From assembly GCA_963781585.1 (NCBI GenBank), contig CAWAGQ010000013.1:128001-192000 (forward strand): DNA of 64,000 bases, in the 5' to 3' direction. Source of the DNA: an uncultured Gemmatimonadaceae bacterium. Its GTDB lineage: Bacteria; Gemmatimonadota; Gemmatimonadetes; Gemmatimonadales; Gemmatimonadaceae. Made by a program: the position numbers and the translations under genes. Positions 60,594 to 64,000 of the stretch are shown here, piece after piece. How positions within the stretch are numbered: position 1 is the first letter of the stretch; every line of letters begins with the position of its first letter. The notes beneath the pieces were generated by a model. The model had not been told where the DNA came from, ran no database searches, and was given only the letters and a program-made list of their open reading frames with translations.

Positions 60594-63248
60594 ATGTCCA
60601 ACGCAGTGTTGCGGTCCGTGGGCGGGCACAGCGCGGTTCCCGCGCCTCCGAAGGCGCGGCACGACAAATCGAGTGACGAGCGGTCGCGCCTGACGCCGCG
60701 CCGACGCCGGCTCCGGCAGTGGGGAATGCTGGCCGGCGTGCTGACCCTGTTTGGCACCGCACTCTTCCTGTTGCACCGCGAGCTGGCGCGGTACAGCTAT
60801 CGCAACATCGCCCAGGCAGTCCGCGACATCCCGACGCCGCTGCTGATTCTCGCCGGGGCGGCGACCGCCGCCTCGTATGCGCTGCTGTTCGGATACGACT
60901 GGCTGGCGCTGCGCTATGTGGGGCGCCGCCTGACGATTCGGCGCACCGCGCTGGCGTCGTTCATCGCCTACGCGTTCAGCCAGAGCCTGGGTGTGTCGGC
61001 CCTGACCGGGGCGTCGGTCCGGTTCCGCTTCTGGTCGGCGTGGGGGTTGTCGCCGGAGGAGATCGCGCAGGGCGTCGCGTTCACCACGGCGGCGTTCTGG
61101 CTGGGGGCATCGACGCTGGGTGGTCTGGCGGCACTCGCCGCCGGCGGCGTTGCACCCGGACTGGTTCCACCGGTGTTGTCGGGTGTCGGCGGCGTACTGC
61201 TCCTGCTGCCGGCGGTGGCGTACCTGGTGTGGGTCGGCCGCGGACGCCCGACGCTGGCGCTGCGGCGCTGGTCGCTCCATCCGCCGGCCCCACGGTTGGC
61301 GGTGGCGCAGATCGTCGTGGCCAGTCTCGACTGGACGCTGGCCGGTGTGGCGCTCTACCTGGTGCTCCCGCACGACGGGGGGCTGACGCTGGCACGGCTG
61401 CTCGGGGCGTTCCTGATCGCGCAGATGGCGGGTCTGGCCAGCCACGTACCGGGCGGGGTGGGCGTGTTCGATACCACGATGCTCGTGCTCCTCGAACGCT
61501 ATGCACCGGTGCCGCGGATCGCGGCCTCGCTGCTCGCCTACCGGTTCATCTACTACCTGCTCCCGTTAGGCGCGGCGACCATCGCGTTCGCGGCGCACGA
61601 GATGACGGTGCGGCGGCGGATGGTGACGCGGGCGGTCCGGATCGTCGGCCGGGTGGTCGCTTCGTCCGCCCCGTTCTGGCTGAGCGGCGCCACGTTCGTC
61701 GCCGGAGTGCTGCTCCTGGCATCGGGATCGACGCCGTCGGTGCACAGCCGGCTGCGGTTCCTCGACGCGCTGTTCCCGCTGGCGGTGATCGAGCTGTCCC
61801 ACTTCGCCGCCAGCGTCGTGGGCGTGGTACTGCTGCTGGTGGCCAACGGGCTGCGACGCCGGCTCGACGCGGCTTGGCACGTGGCGGTGGCGTTGCTGGC
61901 GGTGGGCATCGGCGCGTCGTTGCTCAAAGGCGGCGATTACGAAGAGGCTCTCACGCTGGCGATCGTGCTTGGCGCCCTGCTGCCGGCGCGCCGCCACTTC
62001 TACCGTCGGGCGGCGCTGCTGGCCGAGCCGCTGTCGGCGGGGTGGATGGTGGCGGTGACGCTGGCGATCGCGGCCACCACCTGGCTCGGGATCTTCTCGT
62101 TCAAGCACGTTCCGTATCGCGCGAGCATGTGGTGGCGCTTCGCCACCACCGCGGACGCGCCGCGGTTCCTCAGGGCGACGGTCGGGGTGGCGGTGGTGCT
62201 GATCGGGTATGCGATGGCGCGGTTGCTGCGGCCTTCACGGGCGCGCACCGTGAGGCCGTCGCCCGCGGAACTGGCGCGCGCCGGCGAGGTGGTGTCGGCG
62301 GCCGGGTCGGGCGACCCGTACCTCGCCCTGCTTGGCGACAAGAGCCTGCTTTTCTCGAAGTCGGGACGCGGCCTCCTGATGTACGGTGTGCATCGGGACG
62401 TGTGGGTGGCGCTTGGGGATCCGGTGGCGACGCCCGGGGAGGCCCGCCAGCTGGTGTGGGAGTTCTGTGAGCAGGCCGACGCGCACGGGGGGTATCCCGC
62501 GTTCTACGAGATCGGCCACGACAGCCTGCCGATGTACGTCGACCTGGGGCTGTCGCTGGTGAAGGTTGGCGAGGAAGCCCGCGTGTCGCTGCCGAGCTTC
62601 GCCCTGGACGGGGGAGGGCGAAAGGGCCTGCGGCGGGCGCTCCGCGACGGGGAGCGCGCCGGCCTCAGTCTCCAGATCGTTCGTCCGCCGTTCCAGCCCC
62701 TGCTGATGGAGGAACTGGCGGCTCTGTCCGACGCCTGGCTGGCGGAGCGCCACACGCGCGAGAAGGGATTCTCGTTAGGCTTCTTCGATGTCGACTACCT
62801 CGAGCGGTTTCCGCTGGCGCTGGTCTGGCAGGGCAGCCGGGTGGTCGCGTTCGCCAACCTGTGGATGTCGGCCGGGAACCAGGAGTTGTCGGTAGACCTC
62901 ATGCGGCACGTCCCCGATGCGCCCGACGGGGTGATGGACTTCCTGTTCCTGCGGCTGATGCTCTGGGGGCGCGAGGCGGGCTTCTCGTGGTTCAACCTCG
63001 GCATGGCCCCGCTCTCCGGGTTCGAGACGCATTCGCTGGCGCCGCTCTGGAGCCGGCTCGGCGCACTCGTGTACCGCCATGGCGAGCATTTCTACAACTT
63101 CCGCGGACTCCGGCAGTACAAGGAGAAATTCGATCCGGTGTGGACGCCGAAATATCTCGCGTCGCCGGGCGGGTGGCGGCTCCCGGTGGTGCTCGGAAGC
63201 ATCGCCGCGCTGATCGGCGGTGGGTTCAAGGGAGTGGTCGCGAAGTGA
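60594..63248 (+). CDS. mprF: Bifunctional aminoacyl-phosphatidylglycerol flippase/synthetase
   Basis: Many TM segments, VPGG.GVFD, LLAYR.IYYLLP, LLGDK, LGDPV, EKGFSLG, DLMR, LGMAPL and YNF.GL..YK.KF.P.W. Confidence 0.95.
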   Translation: MSNAVLRSVGGHSAVPAPPKARHDKSSDERSRLTPRRRRLRQWGMLAGVLTLFGTALFLLHRELARYSYRNIAQAVRDIPTPLLILAGAATAASYALLFGYDWLALRYVGRRLTIRRTALASFIAYAFSQSLGVSALTGASVRFRFWSAWGLSPEEIAQGVAFTTAAFWLGASTLGGLAALAAGGVAPGLVPPVLSGVGGVLLLLPAVAYLVWVGRGRPTLALRRWSLHPPAPRLAVAQIVVASLDWTLAGVALYLVLPHDGGLTLARLLGAFLIAQMAGLASHVPGGVGVFDTTMLVLLERYAPVPRIAASLLAYRFIYYLLPLGAATIAFAAHEMTVRRRMVTRAVRIVGRVVASSAPFWLSGATFVAGVLLLASGSTPSVHSRLRFLDALFPLAVIELSHFAASVVGVVLLLVANGLRRRLDAAWHVAVALLAVGIGASLLKGGDYEEALTLAIVLGALLPARRHFYRRAALLAEPLSAGWMVAVTLAIAATTWLGIFSFKHVPYRASMWWRFATTADAPRFLRATVGVAVVLIGYAMARLLRPSRARTVRPSPAELARAGEVVSAAGSGDPYLALLGDKSLLFSKSGRGLLMYGVHRDVWVALGDPVATPGEARQLVWEFCEQADAHGGYPAFYEIGHDSLPMYVDLGLSLVKVGEEARVSLPSFALDGGGRKGLRRALRDGERAGLSLQIVRPPFQPLLMEELAALSDAWLAERHTREKGFSLGFFDVDYLERFPLALVWQGSRVVAFANLWMSAGNQELSVDLMRHVPDAPDGVMDFLFLRLMLWGREAGFSWFNLGMAPLSGFETHSLAPLWSRLGALVYRHGEHFYNFRGLRQYKEKFDPVWTPKYLASPGGWRLPVVLGSIAALIGGGFKGVVAK

Positions 63249-64000
63249 GCGACGGTTCACGACCTCGTCGGCGCTGGAGATGGTCCGTCGTGTGCGTCCT
63301 CTGCATGTCGACGCTGGGGTGCGAAACCACTGGATCGGCCGGGCACGCAGATGGCTCCGACGGCGATTCGCGGATGGCTGCGGCCACTCCGACGTCGGAG
63401 GGCCACCTGCGATCGCTTCCCCTGTTCACGGTGGCGGCGGCGAGGGACGGAAACTGGCTGGCCATGTTCATGACCGGGGACGAAGGATGGAGCGATGCCG
63501 ATCGCGTCCTGGCGGGCGATCTGGCGGCGCGCGGGATGCCGGTGGTGGCCCTCGATGCGCGAACGTATCTGTCGCGCCGCCGAACTCCCGACCAGGTGGC
63601 CGATGACGTGGCGGCGACGCTGGCGCGGTACCTCGGTGTGTGGCGTCGAGAACGCATTCTGCTGCTCGGGTATTCGCGCGGAGCGGACGTCATGCCATTC
63701 GTGGCGAACCGCCTGCCGGACAGCCTGCGGGCCCGGGTGGGGCTGGTTGCCCTGATGAACGTGGCGGCCTGGGCCGGATTCCAGTTCCATTGGCGCGACC
63801 TGTTCATGACGACGCGCCGGGCGACGGACTTTCCGGTCCTCCCCGAGCTGGAACGGCTGCGCGGGACGCCGGTGCTCTGCGTCTACACCGCCGACGAAAA
63901 GGACTCGTTATGCAGGCGCATCGACCCGACGCTCGCCCAGCGGTACGAACGCCGGGGTGTGCACCGGCTGCGACCCGGCGACGTCGCGGAGGTCGAACGC
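63245..64000 (+). CDS. AcvB/VirJ-family aminoacyl-PG hydrolase (runs off the window end)
   Basis: Translated by hand from the GTG overlapping the mprF stop: MTGDEGW...D, G.PVV.LD...Y, LLGYSRGADV.P (nucleophile Ser) and LCVY..DE..SLC. Confidence 0.88.
   Translation, partial: MSDGSRPRRRWRWSVVCVLCMSTLGCETTGSAGHADGSDGDSRMAAATPTSEGHLRSLPLFTVAAARDGNWLAMFMTGDEGWSDADRVLAGDLAARGMPVVALDARTYLSRRRTPDQVADDVAATLARYLGVWRRERILLLGYSRGADVMPFVANRLPDSLRARVGLVALMNVAAWAGFQFHWRDLFMTTRRATDFPVLPELERLRGTPVLCVYTADEKDSLCRRIDPTLAQRYERRGVHRLRPGDVAEVER

Overview
GC-rich bacterial chromosomal segment. Gene order and protein style suggest Gemmatimonadota (inference). Left end (1-3.5 kb): lower-GC accessory patch with small hypothetical genes, a Phd-like antitoxin with a RelE-like partner, and three small membrane proteins. 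Next come a class-III aminotransferase, degP and dnaK. A probable operon follows: rhomboid protease, two EutN/CcmL microcompartment vertex proteins, DeoC with an encapsulation-peptide-like N-terminus, DUF47 and a PiT transporter. It runs into a ~21 kb phosphate cluster (ppk1, ppx, phoU, pstB x2, pstA, pstC, pstS, porin-like OMP, two lipoproteins, TonB-dependent receptor, phoR, phoB) with recurring 11-bp-period Pho-box-like sites. Further right are add/PNP nucleoside catabolism genes and a trmH-pilD-single-domain Clp ATPase-zincin lipoprotein-DUF445 operon. A small island holds an orphan lipoprotein and a complete IS21 element (7-bp TSD). The remainder is lon, ffh-rpsP-rimM-trmD-(CHRD)-rplS-rnhB, an SDR, an OmpA-family lipoprotein, a two-component system, and mprF with a truncated AcvB/VirJ gene. 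Two sequence-level signals stand out: a recurrent GTTAGGC heptamer, mostly as rare TTA-GGC codon pairs in core genes, and several intergenic 7-bp tandem repeat arrays. Small indel frameshifts in lon, istB and the kinase may be assembly errors. No rRNA, tRNA or CRISPR array was seen.
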